Shown here: one piece after another, positions 9,367-18,720 of the stretch
Layout: every line of letters begins with the position of its first letter
How positions within the stretch are numbered: position 1 is the stretch's first letter
Assembly (NCBI GenBank): GCA_964634125.1
Contig: CAZWIP010000002.1
Coordinates: 1-54,978, forward strand
Reading direction: 5' to 3'
Length of the DNA: 54,978 nt
Source: an uncultured Dehalococcoidia bacterium
GTDB taxonomy: Bacteria > Chloroflexota > Dehalococcoidia > SZUA-161 > SpSt-899
Program-made: the position numbers and the translations under genes
The notes under the pieces: generated by a model
Database searches by the model: none
What the model was told of the DNA's origin: nothing
The model's input: the letters and a program-made list of their open reading frames with translations, nothing else

Positions 9367-10151
9367 AAAGACTGGGCATTTTCCGGTTGACTACCCAGTT
9401 TCTGGCACTGATAATAGTCAATCTGGGATTTACTCATTCTTTAAAAACCGGGGTCCTTTGCCCCGGCTTCTATTGCTACGGTTGTCCCTGGGCTTTATTT
9501 GCATGTCCAATTGGAGTATTGCAGACCTCAACTTTTTTAGGGCCTTTCCCTTTCTATGCAATTGGATTGCTGGGGTTATTTGGTATTGCATTGGGCAGAA
9601 CATGGTGTGGATGGTTTTGCCCTTTTGGTACAGTTCAGGACCTGATGGCAAGAATCAGAAGGCGAAGAGATGTGATAAGCATACCTTCAGTTCCATGGAT
9701 AAAGTACCTATCGTTGGTTGGAATCCTTGTAGCGGCATGGATCGCCATGGAAACAGTCTTCTGTAAAGTATGCCCGGCGGGGAGCCTCTTTGCAAGTATT
9801 CCCAACCAGTTCACTTCCTCAGCGGACAAGTTTGATATCGGAACGTTTTTCTGGGTGCATCTGATAACACTGGCAGTTTCGCTCGTACTCTTTGTTTTTA
9901 TTGGGCGTTTCTGGTGTCGATATTTGTGTCCCCTTGGAGCAATCTACGGCCTGTTCAACAGGATCAGTATTGTAAAGGTGAAATTGGATTGGGAGAAATG
10001 CACCAATTGTGAACAGTGTCTGGAAGTTTGTCCAACAAATCTTAAGAAGGCCGAGGATATCGGCAATTCCTCAGATTGCATCCAGTGCGGGAAATGTGTT
10101 GAGGCCTGTCCTACTGCTGCTATCAAAATAGCTACCTCTGTTTGCAGCTAG
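9363..10151 (+). CDS. NapH/MauN/NosH-family membrane polyferredoxin (4Fe-4S binding protein)
   Basis: Several TM segments with two CX3CP motifs (CGWFCPFG, CRYLCPLG). The C-terminus has two ferredoxin motifs (CTNCEQCLEVCP, CIQCGKCVEACP). Confidence 0.7.
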   Translation: MKRLGIFRLTTQFLALIIVNLGFTHSLKTGVLCPGFYCYGCPWALFACPIGVLQTSTFLGPFPFYAIGLLGLFGIALGRTWCGWFCPFGTVQDLMARIRRRRDVISIPSVPWIKYLSLVGILVAAWIAMETVFCKVCPAGSLFASIPNQFTSSADKFDIGTFFWVHLITLAVSLVLFVFIGRFWCRYLCPLGAIYGLFNRISIVKVKLDWEKCTNCEQCLEVCPTNLKKAEDIGNSSDCIQCGKCVEACPTAAIKIATSVCS

Positions 10152-10263
10152 TTCATGCTATTGTGTTGTTTATCCAAGTTGAGGTGCTAGTTTAAATAAG
10201 TTATCATCGAGCCGGGGTTAAGCCTGGTTTGAACGATAAGTATGAAGATTTGAGTGTTATGTC

Positions 10264-11262
10264 ATGAACCTGCTGTTGAGTGGTAGATTCCGATTTGCTA
10301 TCTCGGCAACTATTGCCGTTTTCGTCATTGGCACTATCGGCTATATGGCAATCGAGGGATGGTCCTTTTTGGATTCCCTCTTTATGACTGCCATTACCAT
10401 TAGCACGGTAGGATACGACGAAGTGGGAGACCTCTCAAGTGGAGGACAGATATTCAGTATCGTACTTATAGTCGTTGGTGTGGGGATAACGTTCTACACC
10501 ATTGTATTGATCGCCGAATACATCGCTGAAGGGCATTTGGGAAGTACAATAGGGAGACACAGGATGAAGGAACAGATAAAAAAGTTGAAGGATCATTATA
10601 TCGTTTGTGGATATGGCAGAGTTGGAAGAGAAGTTGCATCGACAATCAATGATGAAAATGAGCCATATGTAATTGTTGAGCAGAAAAGCGATCGCATTGA
10701 AATGGCGATTAAAGATGAATGCCTTTATATAGAGGGGAATGTGACGGATGATGAAGTACTAAAAGAGGCTGGTATTGAGCATGCGAGAGCTCTTATTGCT
10801 GCTGTTGGTAATGACGTCGATAATGTATATGTTGTACTCTCAGCTAAAGCATTACGTCCGGATATTATGATAGTCGCCCGTGCTTCTGATAGCGATTCAG
10901 AACGTAAATTGTTAAGGGCAGGTGCTAACCGCGTGATATTCCCTCAAAAACTGGGGGGACGCCGTATGGCCATGGTTACGCTTCATCCTCAACTGATAGA
11001 TTTTATTGACACTACTGTGTCTGGCCGAAGTGGAGAGTATTCTCTTGAAGATATATTGATTACCTCCGATTCGCCAATTGCAGGAATGACACTTAATGAA
11101 GGCCATGACCTGTGTTGTGGAGGTGTCATCGTTGCGATGAAAAAGAAAGATGGATTACTTGTTGCCAACCCTCAACCGGATTCAGTATTAGAAATAGGTG
11201 ATGAAATACTATTCATTGGAACCAGACAACAACTGAGTGTTTTGGATGGTTCCAGCAACTGA
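10264..11262 (+). CDS. Two-TM K+-channel-like protein with RCK (TrkA-N/TrkA-C) gating domains
   Basis: Pore helix and filter read TAITISTVGYDEVGD. A Rossmann motif IVCGYGRVGRE (TrkA-N) and a C-terminal TrkA-C-like segment follow. Confidence 0.75.
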   Translation: MNLLLSGRFRFAISATIAVFVIGTIGYMAIEGWSFLDSLFMTAITISTVGYDEVGDLSSGGQIFSIVLIVVGVGITFYTIVLIAEYIAEGHLGSTIGRHRMKEQIKKLKDHYIVCGYGRVGREVASTINDENEPYVIVEQKSDRIEMAIKDECLYIEGNVTDDEVLKEAGIEHARALIAAVGNDVDNVYVVLSAKALRPDIMIVARASDSDSERKLLRAGANRVIFPQKLGGRRMAMVTLHPQLIDFIDTTVSGRSGEYSLEDILITSDSPIAGMTLNEGHDLCCGGVIVAMKKKDGLLVANPQPDSVLEIGDEILFIGTRQQLSVLDGSSN

Positions 11263-11405
11263 TACTTGTGCCAATATGACATCTGTGAGCATTTTTAGCT
11301 TTTTCAAACGTAAAGCGCACATAGATGTGTTTTTACATTGATTCCCTACTTTCATGATAAGGTAATTCACTGTTATAATAGAGAGTTGACTTCAGGAGGA
11401 TTGTT

Positions 11406-12788
11406 TTGAAAGTATCGTCGGAAAGGCTCGAAGGTTGCCTTGTTGCCCTTACGGTTGAAATCGAGCCAGAGGAAATGGAAAAAGCTCAAGAGGGAGCATA
11501 TCGACGGCTTGTTAAAAAAGTTGCCGTCCCCGGATTCCGCAAAGGCAAAGCGCCACGTGCTTTACTGGAACTCCATATAGGGAAAGGGTCTTTCGATGCT
11601 GAAGCCTTAGATCGATTGGTTCCGGAACTATATGATCAAGCAATTGAACAAGAGAAGGTTATAGCTATTGGCCAACCTGATTTGGAGATGACCCAGGCTG
11701 ACCCACCGATATTCAAGGCCACTGTTCCGGTACGCCCTGAAGTAGAGTTGGGTGACTATCATTCCATCAGGGTAATGAAAGACGAGGTAGAGATCACCGA
11801 TAAGGATGTTGAACAGGGGATTGATAACTTGCGACAAATGCAAGCCACCCACGAACCTGCGGAACGTGATGCAGGCCTGAACGATATAGTGATTATTGAT
11901 GTAGAAGGCATCGTTGAAGAAAAAACTGTTCTCGATTCGAAAGAAAGCCAGTACAGGATAACTGAGAATTCTGTAATGCCGGTAGCGGGATTTGCGGATC
12001 AAATACAAGGGATGAAAGCGGGGGATCAGAAGGAATTCACGTTGCCCTTCCCTGAAGATCATGAGAGTGAAGAACTGGCTGGGAAGGACTGCCTGTTTAA
12101 AGTATCGATGTCTGATGTCAAAGAAGAGAAACTGCCCGAAGTCGATGATGAGTTCGCCAAAAGTATGGGGCAGGGCATCGAAACTGTTGAGCAACTCAAG
12201 GAAAGACTTCGAGAGAACATTACAACTGCTGCAGAACGTGAATCACGATCTAAGCTGGAGAACGAAACAATTGAGGCCGTTGCGGCTATATCAAAGGTGG
12301 AATTCCCTGCCATCTTCACAGAACAGGAAATTGATCGTCTTGGGAATGAGCAGATGATGCGGCTTGGTGGAATGCAGGTACAGGATTTTCTCAAGTATAG
12401 AGGGATTACCGAAGAGGATTTTCGAAACGAACTGAGACCAGCCGCAGAAAAAAGGGTCATGAGCTCGTTGATATTAAACAAAGTCCACGATACTGAAAAC
12501 GTTGAGGTAGATGATGCTGAAATTGATTCAGAGATCGATAAAATTGTGGAAGAGGCGGGAGAAGAACAGGCTGAAGCAATAAAGAAAATGTTTGAGACGG
12601 CAGAGGCTCGAGAATCAATACGTGGGCGTCTTCTAACTGAGAAGACAATTAACTTATTGATTGACATTGCTACTACGGATGAGGTTGCACCTGTAGAAGA
12701 GGCGGTTCCGGAGCAGGAAGTTGCTGAGGAAGTAACTCAGGAAGAGGATCAAAGTGAGCAATCCCCAAACGAGGAGGATAGCGAATGA
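11406..12788 (+). CDS. tig: Trigger factor
   Basis: TTG start 7 nt after AGGAGGA. N-terminal ribosome-binding signature GFRKGKAP, and an acidic C-terminal tail. Followed by clpP, the classical tig-clpP order. Confidence 0.9.
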   Translation: MKVSSERLEGCLVALTVEIEPEEMEKAQEGAYRRLVKKVAVPGFRKGKAPRALLELHIGKGSFDAEALDRLVPELYDQAIEQEKVIAIGQPDLEMTQADPPIFKATVPVRPEVELGDYHSIRVMKDEVEITDKDVEQGIDNLRQMQATHEPAERDAGLNDIVIIDVEGIVEEKTVLDSKESQYRITENSVMPVAGFADQIQGMKAGDQKEFTLPFPEDHESEELAGKDCLFKVSMSDVKEEKLPEVDDEFAKSMGQGIETVEQLKERLRENITTAAERESRSKLENETIEAVAAISKVEFPAIFTEQEIDRLGNEQMMRLGGMQVQDFLKYRGITEEDFRNELRPAAEKRVMSSLILNKVHDTENVEVDDAEIDSEIDKIVEEAGEEQAEAIKKMFETAEARESIRGRLLTEKTINLLIDIATTDEVAPVEEAVPEQEVAEEVTQEEDQSEQSPNEEDSE

Positions 12789-13405
12789 TTGTAAATCCAC
12801 AAAACATTATCCCGATGGTAGTGGAGACTAGCAGCAAGGGAGAGCGTGCCTTTGATATATTCTCGCTTCTCTTGAAAGAGCGGATTATATTCCTTGGTTC
12901 GCCCATCGATGATCACATAGCAAATTTGATCGTGGCTCAACTTCTATATCTCGAACGGGAAGATCCTGATAAAGATATCAGCATGTATATCCATAGCCCC
13001 GGCGGTTATGTATCCTCAGGATTGGCAATTTACGACACGATGCAACTTGTCAGATGCGATATTTCCACAATATGTGTTGGGATGACTGCTAGTTTGGCTG
13101 CTATCCTGCTTTGTGCCGGCGCCAAGGGTAAGCGCTATTCCCTGCCGCACGCGAAGGTCATGATGCACCAGCCTACGGGCGGACTGGGAGGGCAAGCCTC
13201 GGATATCAAGATTCAGGCCGAAGAAATTATAAAGACCAAAACCATGCTCAATGAGATAATTGCTAAGCATAGCGGGCAGAGCATTGAATTTGTTAAGCAG
13301 GAAACTGAACGAGACCGATACTTAAGCGCCGAAGAGGCCAAAGAATGGGGTCTTATCGATGAGATTTTAAGCAGCGAAGTTGCTGAAGGTAAAGAGGCAG
13401 AGTAG
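12785..13405 (+). CDS. clpP: ATP-dependent Clp protease proteolytic subunit (paralogue 1)
   Basis: Contains [12 protein letters not shown], the Ser nucleophile context GMTASLAA and MMHQP (His). Its start overlaps the tig stop by 4 nt. Confidence 0.9.
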   Translation: MIVNPQNIIPMVVETSSKGERAFDIFSLLLKERIIFLGSPIDDHIANLIVAQLLYLEREDPDKDISMYIHSPGGYVSSGLAIYDTMQLVRCDISTICVGMTASLAAILLCAGAKGKRYSLPHAKVMMHQPTGGLGGQASDIKIQAEEIIKTKTMLNEIIAKHSGQSIEFVKQETERDRYLSAEEAKEWGLIDEILSSEVAEGKEAE

Positions 13406-13424
13406 CGAGAGGGAGGAATCCAAG

Positions 13425-14042
13425 ATGGATAGAGTAGACATGTCTGATTTGCAGCCTGTAGTGATAGAGAGTACCGATGTAGGAGTATTGGGCTATAGCA
13501 TTTACTCACGATTACTTAAAGATCGGATTATCTTTCTTGGGGGTGGTGTTGATGATGAAAAGGCCAACTCCATTGTAGCGCAGATATTGTTTTTAAATAA
13601 TGAAGATCCTAAGACGGATATTCGGTTTTTCATCAATTCTCCTGGTGGATCAGTTTCGGCTGGACTGGCGATATATGACACTATGCAATCTGTGAACTGT
13701 GATGTAAGCACTTGTTGTGTAGGGATGGCAGCGAGCATGGGGGCTGTACTATTGTTGGGTGGCACCAAAGGTAAGCGTCATTTACTACCAAATTCCAGAG
13801 TGTTACTGCATCAGCCATTGATGGGAACAGTGACAGGTCCGGCAACTGATTTGGAAATTCAAGCAGAAGAGATGCTGCGAATTCGTGATCAGCTGTACAA
13901 AATTATTAGCGACCATACCGGCCAAAACATAGAACAGGTCGAGAAAGATTGCGATCGTGATTACTGGATGGATGCCGGGCAGTCACTTGAATACGGTGTA
14001 GTTGACAGTATCCTGGAAAAACTGCCTAGTAGCGGTAAGTAA
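13425..14042 (+). CDS. clpP: ATP-dependent Clp protease proteolytic subunit (paralogue 2)
   Basis: Contains DRIIFLGGGVDD, GMAASMGA and LLHQP. I place the start at the ATG at 13425, preceded by GAGGGAGGA. The 13380 start in the ORF track is an upstream extension. Confidence 0.85.
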   Translation: MDRVDMSDLQPVVIESTDVGVLGYSIYSRLLKDRIIFLGGGVDDEKANSIVAQILFLNNEDPKTDIRFFINSPGGSVSAGLAIYDTMQSVNCDVSTCCVGMAASMGAVLLLGGTKGKRHLLPNSRVLLHQPLMGTVTGPATDLEIQAEEMLRIRDQLYKIISDHTGQNIEQVEKDCDRDYWMDAGQSLEYGVVDSILEKLPSSGK

Positions 14043-14067
14043 AGTAGGCGAATATTCGGTGAACTTG

Positions 14068-14105
14068 AAAGCTGCGTGATCGTAAGAGGTCATGCAGCTT
14101 TTTCT
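14068..14105 (+). terminator. Rho-independent terminator after clpP2 (between convergent genes)
   Basis: AAAGCUGCGUGA-ucguaagagg-UCAUGCAGCUUU followed by UUUCU. The stem has one G.U pair. It abuts the stop of the convergent gene at 14104. Confidence 0.65.
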
Positions 14106-14898
14106 ATTCCACTACCTGGTCTATTTCTTCAGACAGGTCATATCCTGTAATTGTGTTGCCACTGTTATCAATGATATTGCCACTTTTCACTTTCACCCGG
14201 CCTTCACTAAATGCCTTCACGGTGCTCACAATCAGCGGGAACTCCCGTTTCAGCCCGTGTTGACGTATAAGCTTGAAAAGTTCTATTTCCTCGCCTTCTT
14301 GTTTTTTTATGGCGGCGATTGACTGGGCTTGGAGTATTTTCCAATGTTCATCGAAGGGTTCACCACAGATTCTGAATCTGCAATAAGTAACTGGTGGGCC
14401 CTCATCCAATTCCGGAGTTGCCAAATGCATCATGACACCGGTATGTTCTGTTCTGGATTCTATTAGTTCCCATATCACTTCGCGCCAGGTACCTTTTGGT
14501 CCACCTGGTTCTGCGGGATGCAGGTTGACCATGGTGTATTGCTGGCACATTTCAGGACCCACAACGAGCATGTATCCGGCCAACACAGAGAGTTCGACCT
14601 CGAAATCGGCGAGCCGCTTCATTATTTCCCTGTCGTACTCAATTCGCCAGTTTGCCAGTCGGTCATTGTCCAGTGTATCTCGGAATTTCAGTGAAGAAAA
14701 ACAAACTAGTGGAATTCCATACGATCTAATTTGTTCGAGGAATTTATCGGTCTCTTCGAATTGTCCCGGCTCTCTATTACAGAAAACAAAGGCAATCTCA
14801 GCCTTGACGTTACCGTTCTCAATGTTCTCATACATTGTTTTCAGCAAGTCGCGGGAACCTTCCCCTCGCCCGCTTGAGAACCATCCGATCTTATACAC
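14104..14898 (-). CDS. Formyltransferase-family protein (PurN-like)
   Basis: N-terminal Formyl_trans_N-like fold (KIGWFSSGRGEGSRDLL ... VNLHPAEPGG, corresponding to the NxHPS motif). Atypical length of 264 aa. Confidence 0.55.
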   Translation of the reverse strand: MYKIGWFSSGRGEGSRDLLKTMYENIENGNVKAEIAFVFCNREPGQFEETDKFLEQIRSYGIPLVCFSSLKFRDTLDNDRLANWRIEYDREIMKRLADFEVELSVLAGYMLVVGPEMCQQYTMVNLHPAEPGGPKGTWREVIWELIESRTEHTGVMMHLATPELDEGPPVTYCRFRICGEPFDEHWKILQAQSIAAIKKQEGEEIELFKLIRQHGLKREFPLIVSTVKAFSEGRVKVKSGNIIDNSGNTITGYDLSEEIDQVVE

Positions 14899-15550
14899 CG
14901 CGGTAACTCCTCAACCTCTTTGGTAAAGTGCTAATGCCAGTGGCCACACGATCGATAATACTGTTTTTTCTTCCAAATATCTGGCCTTTCCCCAATGCGA
15001 TTTTGAATTCATCCGGGCCATCGAAACTCGGCATATCTACATATGCGTTGCCAACTTCCCTTGCAGAATGAGCATCGCTGCCGGCACTGCACAGAAACCC
15101 ATGTTGTTTGGCGAACAGGCGGGCCTGATCGGAGAAATTATTCCTGATGGAACGGGCATTGAATACCTCGATAATATCGATTTGGGATAAAAGCTCTTCT
15201 CGATACTCTGCTTTGAGGGGATACCTGCCAAAACTGTCGAACGGATGTGGGAGGCATACCAGTCCTCCCTGGCCCTTAATACTAGTCACTACTTCCTGTG
15301 GTGAAATACCTTTCGGTATTTCCTTTTTAAGAAAATATCCAATAATTTCCCCGGCTGAACTCATGACTTCTTCACCGACGATGATGGGGAAAGGGGATAT
15401 CGCTTGCATCCTGAGAGCCCCTTCGATAGTGTTGTGATCGGTAATGGCTAAACAATCAATCCCGATTCGTTTACAGCGTTCAATGATATTTTCAAGGGAG
15501 GCATTGGAATCCGGGGAGTAGATGGTATGCAGATGCAAATCTACTTTCAT
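14891..15550 (-). CDS. PHP-domain metal-dependent phosphoesterase
   Basis: Begins MKVDLHLHTIYSPDS, with downstream His/Asp metal ligands (ITDHNT, GSDAHS). Confidence 0.7.
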   Translation of the reverse strand: MKVDLHLHTIYSPDSNASLENIIERCKRIGIDCLAITDHNTIEGALRMQAISPFPIIVGEEVMSSAGEIIGYFLKKEIPKGISPQEVVTSIKGQGGLVCLPHPFDSFGRYPLKAEYREELLSQIDIIEVFNARSIRNNFSDQARLFAKQHGFLCSAGSDAHSAREVGNAYVDMPSFDGPDEFKIALGKGQIFGRKNSIIDRVATGISTLPKRLRSYRGV

Positions 15551-15612
15551 ATCTGAAACGATTTGGTGAGAATGATTTTAACAATCAACCGCGTACCAAC
15601 AGGATAACGAAA

Positions 15613-15636
15613 CATAGGATGCATTTACATCCTATG
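15613..15636 (-). terminator. Hairpin at the end of efp
   Basis: 9-bp perfect inverted repeat CATAGGATG-N6-CATCCTATG overlapping the efp stop codon. On the minus strand it is followed by UUUCGUUAU. Confidence 0.45.
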
Positions 15637-16189
15637 CCCTTTCAACATATGTGCCGGTACGGGTATCAACCTTTATCATTTCACCGGTATTGAGAAACAT
15701 TGGAACTTGGACAGTGATGCCAGTTTCCATTACAGCTGGTTTTGTTCCACCCTGCGCAGTGTCTCCTTTGAAGCTTGGGCCGGTCTCAGCAATCTCAAGT
15801 TCAACTGAGATGGGGAGTTCCAATCCTATCGCATCCCCTTCATATGTGGAAAGCTGTATGACCATTCCTTCTTTGAGATAGTTCAGAGCATCTCCCAATT
15901 GATCTCTATTCATTGGAGTTTGATCAAACGTTTCCTGATCCATGAAATAGAAAAAGTCGTCGTCATTGTACAGGTATTGAGCGGAACGTTGCAAAACCTG
16001 CACATCATTTAGTCTGTCGCCAGACTGGAAAGTTTTTTCAGTGGTATGTTTGCCACGGATATTGCGGAGTTTGAGTTTAACCGTTGCAGAGCCGCGGCCA
16101 ATTTTAATGTGTTGGTATTCAATGACAGAGAAAAGGTGCCCATCCATCTCGAACGTTGTGCCTTTTCGTGCATCGGTGACTTCTTTCAT
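15632..16189 (-). CDS. efp: Elongation factor P (Arg32 type)
   Basis: Start taken at MKEVTDARKG (ATG at 16189, preceded by GGAGGATCC). The loop reads HIKIGRGSA where the Lys-type has VKPGKGQA. C-terminal OB domains are present. Confidence 0.85.
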   Translation of the reverse strand: MKEVTDARKGTTFEMDGHLFSVIEYQHIKIGRGSATVKLKLRNIRGKHTTEKTFQSGDRLNDVQVLQRSAQYLYNDDDFFYFMDQETFDQTPMNRDQLGDALNYLKEGMVIQLSTYEGDAIGLELPISVELEIAETGPSFKGDTAQGGTKPAVMETGITVQVPMFLNTGEMIKVDTRTGTYVERA

Positions 16190-16197
16190 GGATCCTC

Positions 16198-17277
16198 CTA
16201 GAGATTTGCCTTTTTTGAAGTGGTGAGTATGTGCGATCCCTTCTCTTTCAATAATACCATATCTTCGATTCTTACACCTCCCCATCCCTCGATGTAAATT
16301 CCTGGTTCCACCGTGAAGACCATGTTTGGTTCCAAAATGTCTTTTGAGTATGGCCCGAGCCTGGGATATTCATGCTCGTCAATTCCTACACCGTGGCCGA
16401 GGCTGTGTCCGAATGAGTTGCCATAGCCAGCCTTTTCAATAACGTCCCTCGCTATTTGGTCAGCCTCCTCTCCTTTCAATCCCACATGGATACTTTCCAT
16501 TGCTGTAGCCTGTGCTTTGTGAACTATGCGGTAAATGCGAGAAAGATCATCGCTGGGCTTGCCACAACAAATAGTGCGAGTGATGTCACTGCAATAACCA
16601 TTTACCCGAGCACCAAGATCTATTACAACCGGTTCTCCCTCCTGAATAGGTCGATCGGTTGGTTGAGCATGAGGAAGTGCCGAGTTTGGCCCGGATGCCA
16701 CGATAACAGGGAATGGCAGGCTTTCGCTGCCTTCCTCCCTAAGGAACCTCTCCAAAACCCAAGCAAGCTCTTTCTCAGTCATTCCGGGCTTCAATTGACT
16801 GCTGGCGTGATCCTCTGCAGCATCAGCAAGTGCAGCAGCCTTATTAATTGATTCCATTTCTTGATTGTTTTTGATGGAACGAAGACGTTCAATGATTCCT
16901 TGTGTAGAGATGAGCCGAGGGCGGGATTTTGGAGGAGCTTTCCTGATTGCTTTTACCAGTTGGTGATATGTAATCAGGGAAATATCATCACCCTCGAAGC
17001 CGAGAGTTTTTGATTGAATCTCGGATATTAGTTTTGGAAGCCAGCCATCAAACGGCCCGCTTATATGAAATATCTGAAAATCCAGTGCTTGTTCTCTAGC
17101 CTGTTCAACGTAACGAAAATCAGTGGCCAATATGGCATCGTTGTGTGTTACCAGCAGAAAACCTGCTGATCCTGTAAATCCGGATATATAGCATCGGTTT
17201 GTATCTTGAGAAACGAAGAGAGCATCGAGCTGTTGTTCAGAGAGTGCGTGACGGAGATTTTCGAGGCGGGAGGGCAT
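16198..17277 (-). CDS. pepP: Xaa-Pro aminopeptidase (M24B family)
   Basis: Creatinase-like N-terminal domain plus a pita-bread fold with metal ligands (VIDLGARVNGYCSDITRT; GHSLGHGVG; EPGIY; RIED). Shows the classical pepP-efp linkage. Confidence 0.8.
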   Translation of the reverse strand: MPSRLENLRHALSEQQLDALFVSQDTNRCYISGFTGSAGFLLVTHNDAILATDFRYVEQAREQALDFQIFHISGPFDGWLPKLISEIQSKTLGFEGDDISLITYHQLVKAIRKAPPKSRPRLISTQGIIERLRSIKNNQEMESINKAAALADAAEDHASSQLKPGMTEKELAWVLERFLREEGSESLPFPVIVASGPNSALPHAQPTDRPIQEGEPVVIDLGARVNGYCSDITRTICCGKPSDDLSRIYRIVHKAQATAMESIHVGLKGEEADQIARDVIEKAGYGNSFGHSLGHGVGIDEHEYPRLGPYSKDILEPNMVFTVEPGIYIEGWGGVRIEDMVLLKEKGSHILTTSKKANL

Positions 17278-17279
17278 TT

Positions 17280-17720
17280 TTAATTCTCGTTTGAAAGTTC
17301 GCGAGCCAAGACTTCAAGGGCCGTGATATAACCTTCCCAACCCTTACCGCTGATTTGATGCCTGGCTATGGGTTCGATAACCGACTTTTGCCGGAATTCC
17401 TCACGGAAATGAATATCAGAGATATGAACCTCAATTATTGGCAGGCTGGCATCAATCAGGGCGTCCATTAGTGAGAGACCATAGTGGGTAAGTGCACCAG
17501 GATTAATGATAATTCCATTAGCTTCAGGTGCCTGCTCTTGAATAAAATCGATCAGTGCCCCTTCATGATTAGATTGAAATGTGCGTATTTCTATTTCAAG
17601 CTTTTCGGACAGTTTCTTAAGCGAGGCGTTGATGTCGTCGAGCGTCTTGCTACCATAGAGCGATTGATCTCGCTTACCGAGCATATTCAGATTCGGTCCG
17701 TTGATCACTAAAACTCGCAT
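17280..17720 (-). CDS. aroQ: 3-dehydroquinate dehydratase, type II
   Basis: Contains MRVLVINGPNLNMLGKRD and NPGALTHY...IEVHISDIH. Confidence 0.9.
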   Translation of the reverse strand: MRVLVINGPNLNMLGKRDQSLYGSKTLDDINASLKKLSEKLEIEIRTFQSNHEGALIDFIQEQAPEANGIIINPGALTHYGLSLMDALIDASLPIIEVHISDIHFREEFRQKSVIEPIARHQISGKGWEGYITALEVLARELSNEN

Positions 17721-17776
17721 GATTTTTCATAGTATATCAGCAGAGATTGGACATCACAAGAACGAGGTGTGAAAGA

Positions 17777-18706
17777 TCAGTTATCTGAAGAGACAGAAGA
17801 TGCGGTATTCTTTGATTCACTGCTACGAGGGTGTGCCTCAAGATATCTGCTGCGCATTTGGTTTCGGGTCACATGGGTATAGACTTGGGTGCTTGCCAGA
17901 TTAGAATGCCCAAGAAGCTCCTGCACTACTCTCAGATCTGCTCCACCATCGAGCATGTGTGTGGCAAACGTATGACGCAACATGTGGGGATACACTCGTG
18001 TCTTTATACCTGCTTTTTCGGCATATGTCTTAATACTATATTGTATTCGCCGTTCGGCAATGCGCTTACCGTACCGATTCAGAAAAAGAGCATCCGTACT
18101 ATTTTGACCGAGAAGTTGTTCCCGTCCAAAGTTGAGATATTGCTCCAATACGAGAGCTGCCGGCTGGCCCATAAGAACCATTCTCTCTTTTGACCCTTTC
18201 CCCCATACACGGATTTGACGTGTCTCCATATCTACACTATCTGTATTGAGCGATGAAAGCTCGCTAATACGTAGTCCTGAAGCATACATCAACTCTAACA
18301 TGGCCAGATCGCGAATACCTTGTGGAGTTGAAGTATCCGGCGCGCTCAGAAGGCTAATGATCTCTTCTGAGGTTAAGAAAGAGGGCAAGCGCTTTTCGCG
18401 CTTTGGACCGGATATATTACTTACGGGATCTTCAAGCAAAATACCCTGATTTTTAAGATAGCGGAAAAACGAACGAAGGGCACTCATCTTACGGGAGATA
18501 CTTGCCCGTACTGTACCGTTATCCAGTAGTTGTCCGAGGTAATTCCGTATGGATGAGTGATCAACATTAACCAGTGAATTGATCTCTTCCCGCTTGAGGA
18601 AGTCGTAAAAACCGAGGATATCAGTGGAATAATTCCTGATAGTGTATGGTGACAAATTCCGCTCTACCCTAAGGTGGCGAATATACTCGTCAAGATATTC
18701 CTCCAT
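17777..18706 (-). CDS. xerC: Tyrosine recombinase XerC/XerD
   Basis: SAM-like N-terminal domain. Catalytic residues sit in GLRISEL, HMLRHTFATHML, LLGHSNLASTQVYTHV. Confidence 0.85.
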   Translation of the reverse strand: MEEYLDEYIRHLRVERNLSPYTIRNYSTDILGFYDFLKREEINSLVNVDHSSIRNYLGQLLDNGTVRASISRKMSALRSFFRYLKNQGILLEDPVSNISGPKREKRLPSFLTSEEIISLLSAPDTSTPQGIRDLAMLELMYASGLRISELSSLNTDSVDMETRQIRVWGKGSKERMVLMGQPAALVLEQYLNFGREQLLGQNSTDALFLNRYGKRIAERRIQYSIKTYAEKAGIKTRVYPHMLRHTFATHMLDGGADLRVVQELLGHSNLASTQVYTHVTRNQMRSRYLEAHPRSSESKNTASSVSSDN

Positions 18707-18720
18707 GGAGCCCCGCTTTC

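Noticed and set aside
9335-9766. A 143-aa ORF lies in an alternative plus-strand frame overlapping the NapH-like gene.
   Set aside because: The 9363-10151 frame carries the CX3CP and ferredoxin motifs. The alternative frame has no motifs and is explained by overlap.
12059-12667. A 202-aa minus-strand ORF lies antisense to tig. Similar long antisense ORFs occur at 11628-12194, 29521-30120, 38118-38816, 43736-44389 and 46864-47448.
   Set aside because: Each overlaps a confidently identified gene on the other strand (tig, nuoF-like, GATase, carB copy 1, carB copy 2). Each has a Ser/Arg/Pro-biased composition and no SD or family signature.
16190-16285. A 32-residue N-terminal extension of efp appears in the ORF track (start 16285).
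   Set aside because: The extension overlaps the pepP 3' end and has no EF-P homology. The internal ATG at 16189 has a GGAGGA SD and gives a canonical 185-aa EF-P.
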